Made by a program: the position numbers and the translations under genes. Below, one piece after another: positions 49,032 through 59,267 of a stretch of DNA of 64,000 bases (within the stretch, counting starts at the first letter, position 1; the number at the start of each line of letters is the position of its first letter). The DNA comes from Enterobacteria phage vB_EcoM_IME341. The notes beneath the pieces are model-generated. The model made no database searches and was not told the origin of the DNA. It worked only from the letters and a program-made list of their open reading frames with translations. The stretch lies in sequence record MH051917; one strand, written 5' to 3'.

Positions 49032-51155
49032 ATGGAAAATTTAAACGAGGTTTTTGATAGTGATTCCGCTAAAAACTATCCAGTAACAAATCTTAAACCG
49101 GGTTCCGGTATCCCACAGATTTTCTCTATCCATGCACCAGGTAATGATAACCTGGTGGCTCGTATGGTATCTTATGCGTCTCAAGGAGACGCTATTAAAA
49201 TGGTTAAGCCAGGCGACAAATACATTCATGTTATTCTAATGAGTTTGTCAAGCAAGGGTGCTCCGGCTGAACTTAAGGGTGGCCTTGGTTCTGACCCACT
49301 TGGTACACTGAATACCATTTTCGATACTGTATACGAACAAGTAAACAAACTTAAAATGGATGCAGTTTTATTCCGTTTCCCTACCAAGAAAATGAAAGGT
49401 AAGGGTCCTACTGTTCAGCGCGTATTGGCACGTTTGGCGATGGCTCGTACCGGTGGTAAGTTTAAAGTTGTTGACAACATGTTCCAATTCAGTGGAAAAC
49501 ATACCTACGTTCTTTTAGTACGTCGTGGTTCTAATATCGAAGATATCAAAGGCATGCCTGAAATTGATGCTGACCTTTATACCAAAGTCGATTCTAAAGT
49601 CGGCGAAGTGTATGTTTCTAAGAAAACCGGCCAGGCCGTAAGTAAGGTCGAAGCCGTAGCGGCATCTATTGCACAGGTTGAAGAGAAACGTACCGATAAG
49701 GCTGTCATTACTCGTACTAAGATTTCACGACGTATGGCCGCAGCCGCGCAGTATTCTACTGCTGAGCCTGAAACTTTGCCCCCTAAAGAATTGCAGGTTT
49801 ATAACGAATTTGAAGCTTCTGTACCGGTTCACACTGCCGAAGGCCCTGAGAACGAAGGTATTGAACAGATTAGTCAGAACTTTAAAAAAGGTGCTATTAC
49901 CAAAATGCGCCAGGCTTCTCAGTTTAAATCTAAGAGCGAGGACCTTGCCAACTTTAGATACACCATTGCTCTCACACATGCTTTAATGACTGATAGTAAA
50001 TTTAAACTAAATTATGCTAATAGAGATAAACAAGGGTTTGAAATTTACTCTAAAAATATGGCATTTTTTAATACAGAAGTCGATAGACTTTTAAGCGGCC
50101 TTTCGCAAATCAATACAACTAATAGTCTGGATATTATTAAGAGAATTGTTAATAACCTGAGTGCCCGTTTTAATGGTTCCCCTTCAGAGAAAGCATCTCG
50201 AATTGCTTTCGCTATGGAAGCCGTTTATAAACTGATTAACGATTCTATTGGTGATGCATATGCTTATTCAGGCGAACTCATTAAACCTAAGGACCTAACC
50301 AAAGACGAAAGCAATGCTATTATTGAATATTGCGCAGCTGAATATGCTCCTATGAACTTATTCCTTTTAGGTAAACCTGAATCCGAAAACAATACAACGG
50401 CTATTAGATTGATTAAGGATTTAGACTCGGCATTTACTAAGGGTATTAAACTTCCTAAGGGTACTATTTTGTATCGTGGTCAGGATTTGCCATACAAAAT
50501 TCTGCGTCATAATATCGATAACAAAACATTTTACTTTAAGAACTTTGTGTCCGCCTCACTAAAGCCTAACATCTTTGGTGAATTCGGTAAAAATTATATG
50601 GCCCTCGACAACCAAGCCGTTTTTGTTGGTGGTGAAGGTTCTTTATCCTCCGCTGATGAGTTGTTTAAATTGGCTAGTGGTAGTTCATCTGATGTGGGTG
50701 AAGTCGATGACGAAGAGGTAGAATGGGAAGAAGACGAGTTTGGTAATCCAATTGCCCCTGAAGGTCCTGCGGATAGAATTGCTGAAATAGGCATGGTTAT
50801 TCGAGGTGCTGAAGCAGTTAAAGTTATCGCTCCTGGTGACCTTACAGAATACGCTGAAGAAGCAGAAATCATCCTTCCGCGAGGATTATTGATGAAGGTT
50901 GATAAAGTAGCGGCTTTTGCTATGAATGATAGGGTATCTCACAAATATCTTATGGAAGCTACTGTGATGTCTCCTTCAGAGCTCAGTGAATCTGTTTACG
51001 ATGGTGACCATCTAATGGAAACCGGTGAAGTTCGTCCGATGGATGGCTTTAAACAGTTCTTGGTTAGTGAATCTGTTTCTGAAAGCAACGAGGCTATGGA
51101 AATCTTAGCAGCATCTTTGGATATCTCTTCTCTACCAAATAAATTCAAAATGTAG
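49032..51155 (+). CDS. Alt-like ADP-ribosyltransferase paralog, copy 2
   Basis: 707 aa; N-terminal ~230 aa similar to copy 1; YRGQ, FVSASLK (SAS instead of STS), EAEIILPRG; acidic insert before the ExE. Confidence 0.8.
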   Translation: MENLNEVFDSDSAKNYPVTNLKPGSGIPQIFSIHAPGNDNLVARMVSYASQGDAIKMVKPGDKYIHVILMSLSSKGAPAELKGGLGSDPLGTLNTIFDTVYEQVNKLKMDAVLFRFPTKKMKGKGPTVQRVLARLAMARTGGKFKVVDNMFQFSGKHTYVLLVRRGSNIEDIKGMPEIDADLYTKVDSKVGEVYVSKKTGQAVSKVEAVAASIAQVEEKRTDKAVITRTKISRRMAAAAQYSTAEPETLPPKELQVYNEFEASVPVHTAEGPENEGIEQISQNFKKGAITKMRQASQFKSKSEDLANFRYTIALTHALMTDSKFKLNYANRDKQGFEIYSKNMAFFNTEVDRLLSGLSQINTTNSLDIIKRIVNNLSARFNGSPSEKASRIAFAMEAVYKLINDSIGDAYAYSGELIKPKDLTKDESNAIIEYCAAEYAPMNLFLLGKPESENNTTAIRLIKDLDSAFTKGIKLPKGTILYRGQDLPYKILRHNIDNKTFYFKNFVSASLKPNIFGEFGKNYMALDNQAVFVGGEGSLSSADELFKLASGSSSDVGEVDDEEVEWEEDEFGNPIAPEGPADRIAEIGMVIRGAEAVKVIAPGDLTEYAEEAEIILPRGLLMKVDKVAAFAMNDRVSHKYLMEATVMSPSELSESVYDGDHLMETGEVRPMDGFKQFLVSESVSESNEAMEILAASLDISSLPNKFKM

Positions 51156-51184
51156 TTTACAACACCACAAGGATGTGGTACTAT
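51155..51184 (+). promoter_or_regulatory. T4-type early promoter
   Basis: GTTTAC 51155-51160 (starts on last base of alt-2 stop), TACTAT 51179-51184. Confidence 0.5.
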
Positions 51185-51212
51185 TACCTTACACAAACAT
51201 GAGGAGAACATT

Positions 51213-51503
51213 ATGAAATCTGCATTCCGTTTTAATGGTCAAGAACTGGTAGTTGAAAACGTTATTCCTGCTTCCGAAGAGTTTGACAGTGCCATTGGTA
51301 ATGAATTGCGTCGAGTTTTCGGTGAAGATAAGCAATTTGATATCCGTCCTGTTGAGAACTTTTCTCAGCCGGAACAAACTGAAAATATCTTTAATGGTGT
51401 AGTGACTGGTCAGCTTGAATCCGAAGCTCCTATTTCAGTTACGGTATTTGTTAAAAAGCAACCATTAACGACGGCGGCAGGTTTCATTTCGTTCCGTAAG
51501 TAA
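51213..51503 (+). CDS. hypothetical protein
   Basis: 96-aa ORF, SD catgaggaga. Confidence 0.45.
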   Translation: MKSAFRFNGQELVVENVIPASEEFDSAIGNELRRVFGEDKQFDIRPVENFSQPEQTENIFNGVVTGQLESEAPISVTVFVKKQPLTTAAGFISFRK

Positions 51504-51512
51504 ACCCCTAAA

Positions 51513-51536
51513 GGAGAGCGTATGCTCTCCTTTTTT
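51513..51536. terminator. rho-independent terminator between convergent genes
   Basis: ggagagc-gtat-gctctcc hairpin followed by T6 on plus; sits between the 51213 ORF and gp54 (minus). Confidence 0.7.
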
Positions 51537-51537
51537 G

Positions 51538-52491
51538 TTATAACAACCTCGATATTCCATTATTAATAGTACGCCCACCAAATGTATTAACCAATCCGGT
51601 CAATCCACTAGAAGCTCCTGAAAGTCGGCTTAATTTAGCTACTGAAGAACTCAGTGAATTACTCTCACTTAGGCCCGCCACTCCTTTAAGGACTTTATCT
51701 TCCAGCCATTCATAAGCAGCCTGTTTACCGACTGCACCCGTCTGCACACTTCTATAAGCAAATGTAACATCAAACGAAGCAATTTGGTTATCACCGTCAT
51801 AAGATAATTCGGGCGATGAAACACTCACAGGAACACACCCATTAAGCATTACTACTGTATGAGGTAATCCATTACGAGAATGAAGGTTGACTTGAATATC
51901 AGCTTCAACATCCTCAGGTAATGCTCTTAATTGTGTAATAGGGTCTTGAACACTATTGACCCAATCATTAAAAGCACGGTAGTTAGCAGCTTCAGAATCC
52001 ATACGGAAGCTTAATACCAATGGAGAATATTCTCTTCCGGTAATTTTGATATTAGGCGAGTTGTGGTTCAAATCCATTTCATAGTTCAAAGTATTATCCG
52101 GGATTTTAACGGCATGGACTAAAAGACCTGCCGTAGGATAAGCCATATTGAAAAAATCCATTAGATACGTGCCTACTTCAAACTCTCCTAGTAAGCTCTG
52201 CACAACCCTGGATGACATAGCTCCAATCAGATATTTACTTACGCCTGACTTACGAATGAGCTTCTGAGTGCCCGCTGTCACTAATGTCGTAACACCTTGG
52301 GTCAACTCTCCTTGTGTAATACCAAACAAATCGCTATTCAATGGGATATTGTTAAATAAAGCTCCACCGAACTGGTCGAGGAGCGCTTGGGATTTAGAAG
52401 AAGGAACTGTAGCAAATACTACACTAAACAGATTATTCCTCTGTAGGTCAATATTAATTGCCTGGTTCTGAAATTCTTGTAAAGTATACAT
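51538..52491 (-). CDS. 54: gp54 baseplate tail-tube initiator
   Basis: 317 aa (T4 320); position after 48 on minus strand. Confidence 0.8.
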   Translation of the reverse strand: MYTLQEFQNQAINIDLQRNNLFSVVFATVPSSKSQALLDQFGGALFNNIPLNSDLFGITQGELTQGVTTLVTAGTQKLIRKSGVSKYLIGAMSSRVVQSLLGEFEVGTYLMDFFNMAYPTAGLLVHAVKIPDNTLNYEMDLNHNSPNIKITGREYSPLVLSFRMDSEAANYRAFNDWVNSVQDPITQLRALPEDVEADIQVNLHSRNGLPHTVVMLNGCVPVSVSSPELSYDGDNQIASFDVTFAYRSVQTGAVGKQAAYEWLEDKVLKGVAGLSESNSLSSSVAKLSRLSGASSGLTGLVNTFGGRTINNGISRLL

Positions 52492-53579
52492 TAGAATCCT
52501 TCCGTATAAAGTGAGCCACGGTTCAGAGTAATGATTTCACGGAAAGTAACTTCTAAACTAAACGTAGATGGTAAGTTAGGAGCAATAGCCAATCCGTTAA
52601 AATGGCCATCCGGAGTTTTATCAAATCGTATACTCTGGATTTGGCATGGACCAAAAATATCTTCACGACCATCATATGAACTGCTATCGCCAAAGTTTCT
52701 GATATACCAAATGGTCGGGTTACTTACCACAATAACATTAGAAAGGAAGCTTGTAATACTTTCCCCTAATAGCTTACCGTCAAACTTGTCAATAGCTTCT
52801 TTTTTAAACGTAGAACGATACCAGGTATCAATCTTCTCTTTTAATTCACCAGCGAAGGCTGAGTTGCCGGTTTCACCATAAGAATAGTAATTAAAGATTT
52901 CGTATATTTTAATAATCTGGATAAGGTCTTGGGCGTTTCGTGGGGTCATTTCCCAAGTAAATACCTTAGTACGGTTATCCGGACCTGCGTACATACTACG
53001 GGCGGTAGTGTATATCTGCTCACCTGAATCGGCCATTACGCCATTAGTCACGGATTCCAACGCACCAAATACAGCAGTACTGGCAACGTTACTTAAAATA
53101 CCCGTAGCAGTACCACCACCTTTAGTAATTAATGATTCACCGACATCATTAAATTTATGGGTGACCGAATCTACGTCAGATTTAGAACGTGGGAGTAAAA
53201 TATTTGCCAAAGCTTGGTTGTCAAATTTAACTCCCTTGGAGTTATTACTAAACAAGTTTTTAACTGCACTGAATCCTCCGGTATTACCGGTAAGTTTACC
53301 AGTAGCCTTTGAAAACTTTTTAGTCATTTGACTTGAACGGTCGTTACGCAAATCAGGTGATACACGAGAGCTAAAATTATATGCCGTAAAAAGTAAGCCA
53401 TTTTTATATAAATCGCTTAACACCATATCTGTAGAGGTGTCATTACCGGAGGCCCTTTCTGCCGGGTATTGGGCCGTTACTGTAGTTTGTATCGGTTTAG
53501 CTTTAGACTGGCCGGCGGAGGTCTTTGAACCTCCTTTAAACAAGGAGGCTACATCAAAGTCAAGTTCTTTTACTTTCAT
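52491..53579 (-). CDS. 48: gp48 baseplate tail-tube cap
   Basis: 362 aa (T4 364); synteny 29-48-54. Confidence 0.8.
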   Translation of the reverse strand: MKVKELDFDVASLFKGGSKTSAGQSKAKPIQTTVTAQYPAERASGNDTSTDMVLSDLYKNGLLFTAYNFSSRVSPDLRNDRSSQMTKKFSKATGKLTGNTGGFSAVKNLFSNNSKGVKFDNQALANILLPRSKSDVDSVTHKFNDVGESLITKGGGTATGILSNVASTAVFGALESVTNGVMADSGEQIYTTARSMYAGPDNRTKVFTWEMTPRNAQDLIQIIKIYEIFNYYSYGETGNSAFAGELKEKIDTWYRSTFKKEAIDKFDGKLLGESITSFLSNVIVVSNPTIWYIRNFGDSSSYDGREDIFGPCQIQSIRFDKTPDGHFNGLAIAPNLPSTFSLEVTFREIITLNRGSLYTEGF

Positions 53580-53587
53580 TATTAATC

Positions 53588-55324
53588 CTAATTAACTTTA
53601 GTAGCTTGACGCATACCAGGAGCCGGAGTAGAGGACTGTGGAGGTAAATTATAACTGGTCTTACTCGTTTTCTTGATATTCGTTTGCTGATTTATTTGAG
53701 TTGGAGCTTGCTGACTATATTTAGCATTTTCCTTTGCTCTCATTTGTTCGTCAACCTTTTTAACCTGAGTATTTTCAGGGGATTCCGCTACAGAGGCAGG
53801 TTTAGGCTTTTCGGCTTCGTTAAATTTCTCTAAAGATTTATTCATCTTATCAAGTAATTGCTGGATATTAAGGTCCTTCGGTGCTCCACCTTTAGCCATA
53901 ATAGGGTCAGCCAATTGTTTCTCGATATCAGCTTTATATGCTTTAGCATTTTCGATATCTTTAGAATCAGGCTTCATTATATTATCAGCAGTTTGAGTCA
54001 AACGAATAATATCGGCCTGGGCTTTATCACGTTTCTTGAAATACTCCAAACGTTCTTCTTCAGGGAGGTCACGGAAGCTTGTGTCAATTCCACCTGCGCG
54101 TAATTGGTCAGCTTGTTCTTTAGTAAGATTACCGTATTTCTCTGCCTGGTTTATAAGCTCAGGTTTATTCTTATACTTCTTATTCATTTTCTCGGCTGTT
54201 TCTAAAGCCTCAGCAGAACGTCTATCATGGTACTTGGCTACTTTAGTTTGGTCTTCGTCATCTAAAGTGGCTCCAGTATTTTGCTGATATGACATTAAAG
54301 CGGAAGCCTCTACGTTTTCAGCCAACTCACCCATACCAGGTATTTTGCTTAAAATAGCAGAAATCAACTTAGAAATACCGACCATTAAAAGCTGAGCCAT
54401 ATTTTTAGTAAGATTAACCATACCGCGAATAATAGCTTCGGCCAGGCCTAACCAGTTCCCTTCACTAAACATAGCCTCGGCATTCTTGGCCCATGTCATT
54501 AGCCCTTCAAGTAACGGGCCCCACTCTTTAAACTTATCGTTAAATTCTTTCCACCCTGCCTCAAATTGGTCCATGAAATATTGGAAGTAAACACGAATAG
54601 CATCTATACCAAATATTAAAAGAACTAAACCTGCAGCGAGTTTAGCAGCTTCAGCGGCGGCAGTAATGGTATACTTAAAAAGCATACCTGAAATTCTATC
54701 AGCAACGCCTACAGAAGCTTTAAATCCCTTTTCAGTTATTTTAGTAAGGGCTTCAATTTTCTCGGAAAGAGGAGACTTAGCGCCTTCTTTACCTTCATCT
54801 GAATTTTTAGGAGGCTCGGGAACAAATTCAGCGTCAGGTTTATTGTCTTCCGGTGGAAGAATATCTTCAACAACAGCAGGAACTTTAGGAGTTTCGGCCT
54901 TAGGTTCTTCCGGAATAGAGTCTTCAATAACCTTTAATGAGCTCCCTTCAGGTGGAATAGAAATACCAGAAAATTTAGCCTCCAACATATTAGAAAGCTT
55001 ATTAATCTTTTCGTTTAATGCGTCCGAAAGAGCTTTAGATTGTTGGGTTTGTTCTGATATAGCTTCAGCTGTTAATTCTGTTCCAGCGACAACATCTTGG
55101 ACGCTTTTATCTACTCGGTCTACAGAACTAATAATCTGATTAGACTTTGTCTCAACCACTTCAGAGAGCAATTCAGACGCCGCCTGGGAATCGGATAAAA
55201 CATCTGATATATTTCCTAATTCGTCGTTCTGAGTTTGGGCTAGCGCCTCAGCACGACGCTGAGGAGCCATTTCTTCAATCAGTTTATTGCGACGAAAACT
55301 ATTCTGATTAGATTCGTTCTTCAT
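53588..55324 (-). CDS. 29: gp29 baseplate hub / tail length determinator
   Basis: 578 aa (T4 590); long coiled-coil-rich protein; synteny. Confidence 0.8.
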   Translation of the reverse strand: MKNESNQNSFRRNKLIEEMAPQRRAEALAQTQNDELGNISDVLSDSQAASELLSEVVETKSNQIISSVDRVDKSVQDVVAGTELTAEAISEQTQQSKALSDALNEKINKLSNMLEAKFSGISIPPEGSSLKVIEDSIPEEPKAETPKVPAVVEDILPPEDNKPDAEFVPEPPKNSDEGKEGAKSPLSEKIEALTKITEKGFKASVGVADRISGMLFKYTITAAAEAAKLAAGLVLLIFGIDAIRVYFQYFMDQFEAGWKEFNDKFKEWGPLLEGLMTWAKNAEAMFSEGNWLGLAEAIIRGMVNLTKNMAQLLMVGISKLISAILSKIPGMGELAENVEASALMSYQQNTGATLDDEDQTKVAKYHDRRSAEALETAEKMNKKYKNKPELINQAEKYGNLTKEQADQLRAGGIDTSFRDLPEEERLEYFKKRDKAQADIIRLTQTADNIMKPDSKDIENAKAYKADIEKQLADPIMAKGGAPKDLNIQQLLDKMNKSLEKFNEAEKPKPASVAESPENTQVKKVDEQMRAKENAKYSQQAPTQINQQTNIKKTSKTSYNLPPQSSTPAPGMRQATKVN

Positions 55325-55835
55325 TTAAGATATCCATGATTTTAAGCAATCCTTTGATAGGACCATTAGGACCAGGGATAGCTACAGTAGAAGTTATATC
55401 GTCGGCCCATGTAGCAACAAAGGCAGGCATATCCAGAAAATCTGGTACATCATCACCAAGGTAAAGAGATTGTAATACACTATCAACAGGACCAAATGTT
55501 TGGAATGGTTCGTGTGATTTAAATTTAAACGTTTTACCTTGGAACTGGAATTCAAGTCGCTGGCAGATATAAAGGTCATTTAAGTTATAAGTAAATCCGT
55601 CTTTAGTTACTTTACTTTTTAATCTTCCATTGAATTCTAAAAGGTGGAGAGCGGCAAAATCGGTCTCTGCCGCAGATAAACCTTTATAAATGGAATTCAT
55701 TAATATGTGAAGAGCCTTGTAAGGGTCCTTTTCATCTTTAACCAATTTCTGGTGTTTAAGACCCAATTTAGGAATAGAAATCTCTTTATCACCCAGCGTT
55801 ATTTTCTTGATCGGGAGTATCAGTTTTAAGTTCAT
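55308..55835 (-). CDS. 28: gp28 baseplate hub distal subunit
   Basis: start set at internal ATG ([17 protein letters not shown]) giving 175 aa, close to T4 gp28 (177 aa); synteny. Confidence 0.6.
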   Translation of the reverse strand: MNLKLILPIKKITLGDKEISIPKLGLKHQKLVKDEKDPYKALHILMNSIYKGLSAAETDFAALHLLEFNGRLKSKVTKDGFTYNLNDLYICQRLEFQFQGKTFKFKSHEPFQTFGPVDSVLQSLYLGDDVPDFLDMPAFVATWADDITSTVAIPGPNGPIKGLLKIMDILNEERI

Positions 55836-56958
55836 TTTTAACCTTCGGTGGTTCTTCAATCTTAATAGGCTTACCATTAGTAAACATATAAAGGTTTGTA
55901 ATTGATGTATTGTTACTCACTTCGTGAATAACTTCGTCTACATAAAAATCGTATTGGAACTGGTTTTTAGGGTCATAGAAATTAATCTTATCACCTGGGG
56001 TTAATTCAAAGTTCCCATATACTTTGCAATGAGCATAACCATCGTATTGGGCCATAGTAACCAATCTATCAGCTTCTTCAAATCCGTTTCGGTAGGTATA
56101 ATCAGAATATCCACCTGAACGAGAAACTAATATACTGTTTTGCCCATCACCAAAAGTAATTCGTGTGGCGTTTTTATCCAAGAAGGAATGGGCATATACT
56201 GTAGCATTTTCGTACGGCTTTCTGGTATGCTGGTTAGCTTTAGTTAGCCATTCAAAATCAAATGCGATAGGAGTGTCCATATCTTGGACATATTGGCCTA
56301 TTAAACGAGGCTCACCGACCACAAAATTAATTGGCTCTTGATTAACCATAAATTCGTAGTCCATGATAGAAATACCATCTATATCTTCCCAGACAAATAC
56401 AAATTTATCAGATTCAACGGCCATACCTACTTCTCGTACAAATTCCATATAACGGTCCATTGAATCACACCAAGGAACATTAGGAACGTAAACGTTTATT
56501 CCGTTCAACGGAGGTGCAAGAAGTGGACGGTCTTGGTAAATAACACCAATCATTTCTGTTAATGTTTCTTGAACACTAGGGAAGAACATACGTCCGAATT
56601 TAAGATTTTCTAAAAAGTGGATAGGGGCGAGTTGTATTGTTATGATATTGTCGCCCTTCGAATCCACTCCTACGGCAAAGTGTTTACTTCCATAAATTCT
56701 TGATTGGGTACGTTCTGAGTTAGCGTTCTTAACGGAAACTTGGATAATCTGCTCGCCATCCATTTTAGTATGAAGGTTTTTTGCATCATAAAACTGGAGT
56801 AATCCTTCATTACTACCGTAAAGTCCATCCCTCATTGTTAGGGTAGTAAATGTTGCACCTAGTTCAACAAAACGATGCTCTAACCAGGCGTCATAATCTT
56901 CGTAAAGGCGTATACTAATATTAGGAAAGCCTTCACGCTGCATAGTTTTTGAACTCAT
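55789..56958 (-). CDS. 27: gp27 baseplate hub subunit
   Basis: 389 aa (T4 391); N-terminus similar to recalled T4 gp27. Confidence 0.85.
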   Translation of the reverse strand: MSSKTMQREGFPNISIRLYEDYDAWLEHRFVELGATFTTLTMRDGLYGSNEGLLQFYDAKNLHTKMDGEQIIQVSVKNANSERTQSRIYGSKHFAVGVDSKGDNIITIQLAPIHFLENLKFGRMFFPSVQETLTEMIGVIYQDRPLLAPPLNGINVYVPNVPWCDSMDRYMEFVREVGMAVESDKFVFVWEDIDGISIMDYEFMVNQEPINFVVGEPRLIGQYVQDMDTPIAFDFEWLTKANQHTRKPYENATVYAHSFLDKNATRITFGDGQNSILVSRSGGYSDYTYRNGFEEADRLVTMAQYDGYAHCKVYGNFELTPGDKINFYDPKNQFQYDFYVDEVIHEVSNNTSITNLYMFTNGKPIKIEEPPKVKNELKTDTPDQENNAG

Positions 56959-57707
56959 TTCTTAAGGTCCTTTTCAACCAAAGACAAAGCAATACCGCGT
57001 TCGATTGGAATCATCTGCATAATGCTTTCTAATGAATAATTGTTCTTTACCAGTAAATGGTTTATTTGGTAAAATAAAAATATCTCATCCGGATTGACTA
57101 TAAGCTTAAACACCTCTAAAATATCGGTATACGTAATTGTTCTACGATTACAGCACCCATATTTAAGCTCAAAGTGGATAGGGCTGGTTTGTTTGACTAT
57201 ATCCTCTAAAGTGGATAAGTCTATAGCATCTATTACCGCTAATTGGTCTTCTTCAGAAAGGTCAGTCCAATTATATTTCCCGTTTTCATCTTCTACGGTT
57301 TGGAGGGTGTTCAAAATCAATTCAGATTTGTCGAGATATTCTATTTCCGGAAATTTGAATGTTAGTTTCAAGCCGGCCACTTCAATTGTAGGGTTATCCA
57401 ACTTGGTCTGTTTCAAATTAAATAAAACTTGTCTATCTTTTTCGCACTTACTGCAAGTGTATCGGATAGGAATTTTAGTCTTGCCGAGTGATGACGTATA
57501 CAATTCAATAAACATGTATGGACGCCATGACATAGGGTACTCGCCGAAGTATTCTTCCAGTAACTCATCTAAAATTTGTTTTTGCTCTTCAGGCGATTTA
57601 TTATTCATGTCATTTCGAATCAAAATAAAATCACGATAATCAGCTACTGTAAAAGGTTTAAATCGGTGGACTCCATCGGGCATTTCACAACGTACTATAT
57701 TAGCCAT
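56955..57707 (-). CDS. 51: gp51 baseplate hub assembly catalyst
   Basis: 250 aa (T4 249); synteny 51-27-28-29. Confidence 0.75.
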   Translation of the reverse strand: MANIVRCEMPDGVHRFKPFTVADYRDFILIRNDMNNKSPEEQKQILDELLEEYFGEYPMSWRPYMFIELYTSSLGKTKIPIRYTCSKCEKDRQVLFNLKQTKLDNPTIEVAGLKLTFKFPEIEYLDKSELILNTLQTVEDENGKYNWTDLSEEDQLAVIDAIDLSTLEDIVKQTSPIHFELKYGCCNRRTITYTDILEVFKLIVNPDEIFLFYQINHLLVKNNYSLESIMQMIPIERGIALSLVEKDLKK

Positions 57708-57728
57708 AAGGGTATCCTCTTATTGATG

Positions 57729-57736
57729 TATTTATA
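57729..57736 (-). promoter_or_regulatory. late promoter TATAAATA for the 51-27-28-29-48-54 operon
   Basis: plus tatttata 57729-57736, about 22 nt upstream of gp51 ATG. Confidence 0.6.
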
Positions 57737-57740
57737 AATA
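57733..57740 (+). promoter_or_regulatory. late promoter TATAAATA for genes 26-25 (overlaps the divergent one)
   Basis: tataaata 57733-57740, about 19 nt upstream of gp26 ATG. Confidence 0.6.
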
Positions 57741-57758
57741 AGCTTAAAGGAGAAGACA

Positions 57759-58382
57759 ATGAATTATACTTTTGACGTAAAAATTAAAAACAAAACCATA
57801 AAATGCAGAGCATTTACCCTCAGAGAGTATAAGGACTTGCTCCAAGCTAAATTAGAAGGCAGAATAGAGTCCTTTATCAATGAACTCATTTCGAATTGCA
57901 CAGATGCTCGTGATTTAAACAAGCAAGAATCTGAGCTCCTGGTGATAAACCTGTGGGCCCATTCATTAGCTGAAGTGAATATAGAACGTGAGTGGGTTTG
58001 TAGTTGTGGGCGCTCACAGGTTGTCCCTATGACACTAACTCGCGCAACATTAGGTAAAGAGCCTGATGTTATTAAAGACTTTGGCAACTTTAAAATTGTT
58101 TTCAGATACCCTAAACTCTTTGAAGATAAAAATAGGGCTATGATGGTCGCAGGATGTATCGATTATATTTTAACTTCTACAGGCGAAAAGCTTTTTCTTT
58201 CAGATTTAAGCGATGCGGAACTTGATGACCTTTATTCTGTGATAACAGAAAAAGATATAAAAGAAGTTTATGATGCACTAGTTGCCCCTAAGCCTATTTT
58301 GGCCATACCTATTTCTTGTGAATGTGGTGAACATACTGTCCACGTTATTGAGGGACTTAAAGAGTTCTTTAAGGTGATGTAA
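57759..58382 (+). CDS. 26: gp26 baseplate hub subunit
   Basis: 207 aa (T4 208); synteny. Confidence 0.75.
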   Translation: MNYTFDVKIKNKTIKCRAFTLREYKDLLQAKLEGRIESFINELISNCTDARDLNKQESELLVINLWAHSLAEVNIEREWVCSCGRSQVVPMTLTRATLGKEPDVIKDFGNFKIVFRYPKLFEDKNRAMMVAGCIDYILTSTGEKLFLSDLSDAELDDLYSVITEKDIKEVYDALVAPKPILAIPISCECGEHTVHVIEGLKEFFKVM

Positions 58383-58771
58383 TGAATATCAATAAAATGT
58401 ATTCGGATTTAGACCCTGAAATGAGGACGTCTTGGAATAGAGACGTTGCTAAAGCTATAGGGGCCCGTGCAGTAAAAAATAGCTTGTTAGGCATTATTAC
58501 TACTCGCAAAGGTTCACGCCCTTTTATGCCTGAATTTGGTTGTGACATCAGCAACCAATTGTTTGAGAATATTACTCCATTAATCACAGACACCATTAAG
58601 CGTAATATAGTTTCCGCTGTGCGGAACTTCGAACCCAGAATTTCTGCCCTGGCTGTAGGCGTTACACCTGTGTATGATGACAACTCTATTATAGTGACGG
58701 TCCAGTTTAGTATCGTTGATGACCCGGATACATTAGAGCAAATTAGAATTCAGCTCTCCCAGAGTGGTTAA
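58382..58771 (+). CDS. 25: gp25 baseplate wedge subunit
   Basis: 129 aa (T4 132); synteny. Confidence 0.75.
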   Translation: MNINKMYSDLDPEMRTSWNRDVAKAIGARAVKNSLLGIITTRKGSRPFMPEFGCDISNQLFENITPLITDTIKRNIVSAVRNFEPRISALAVGVTPVYDDNSIIVTVQFSIVDDPDTLEQIRIQLSQSG

Positions 58772-58798
58772 TTGCTGTTCAAATGAATAGTGTATAAT
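58771..58798 (+). promoter_or_regulatory. promoter upstream of uvsY (MotA-box-like plus TATAAT)
   Basis: aTTGCTgTT box 58771-58779, 13-nt gap, TATAAT 58793-58798; box has two mismatches. Confidence 0.35.
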
Positions 58799-58829
58799 GG
58801 TCCTATGGTTATTACACAGGAAACATGCG

Positions 58830-59267
58830 ATGAGTAAAGAGATTGAATATAAATTAGAGTCATTCCAAGATGCTTTGGATGAAGATTTGAAGATTGATGG
58901 GACTCGTTTACAGTATGAAGTACAGAACAACGTTTTGCTGCACAGCAAATGGCTAAGACTGTATACGAATTGTAAGAAAGAAATAATGAGATTAGAAATC
59001 CAGAAAAAGACCTCACTTAAGAAGCGATTAGATTTCTACACGGGACGTGGAGAGCCTGGTGATGAGGTTTGTATGGACCAATATGAGAAGTCTGAATTAA
59101 AGACCGTAATGGCTGCAGATTCTAGTGTAATTAAAATCGATACGTCAATCCAGTATTGGGCTTTATTACAGGACTTCTGTAGTTCGGCTTTAGACGCAGT
59201 CAAAGCCAGAGGTTTCTCATTAAAGAATATGTTGGAGCTCAGGAAATTTGAAGCAGGTGAAAAATAA
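58830..59267 (+). CDS. uvsY: UvsY recombination mediator
   Basis: LQYE..NNV.L.SKWL; RLD.Y.GRG; M..YEKSE.KTV..AD..V.K.DTS.QYW..L.DFCS.ALDA.K.RGF match recalled T4 UvsY; start moved to ATG 58830. Confidence 0.85.
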   Translation: MSKEIEYKLESFQDALDEDLKIDGTRLQYEVQNNVLLHSKWLRLYTNCKKEIMRLEIQKKTSLKKRLDFYTGRGEPGDEVCMDQYEKSELKTVMAADSSVIKIDTSIQYWALLQDFCSSALDAVKARGFSLKNMLELRKFEAGEK

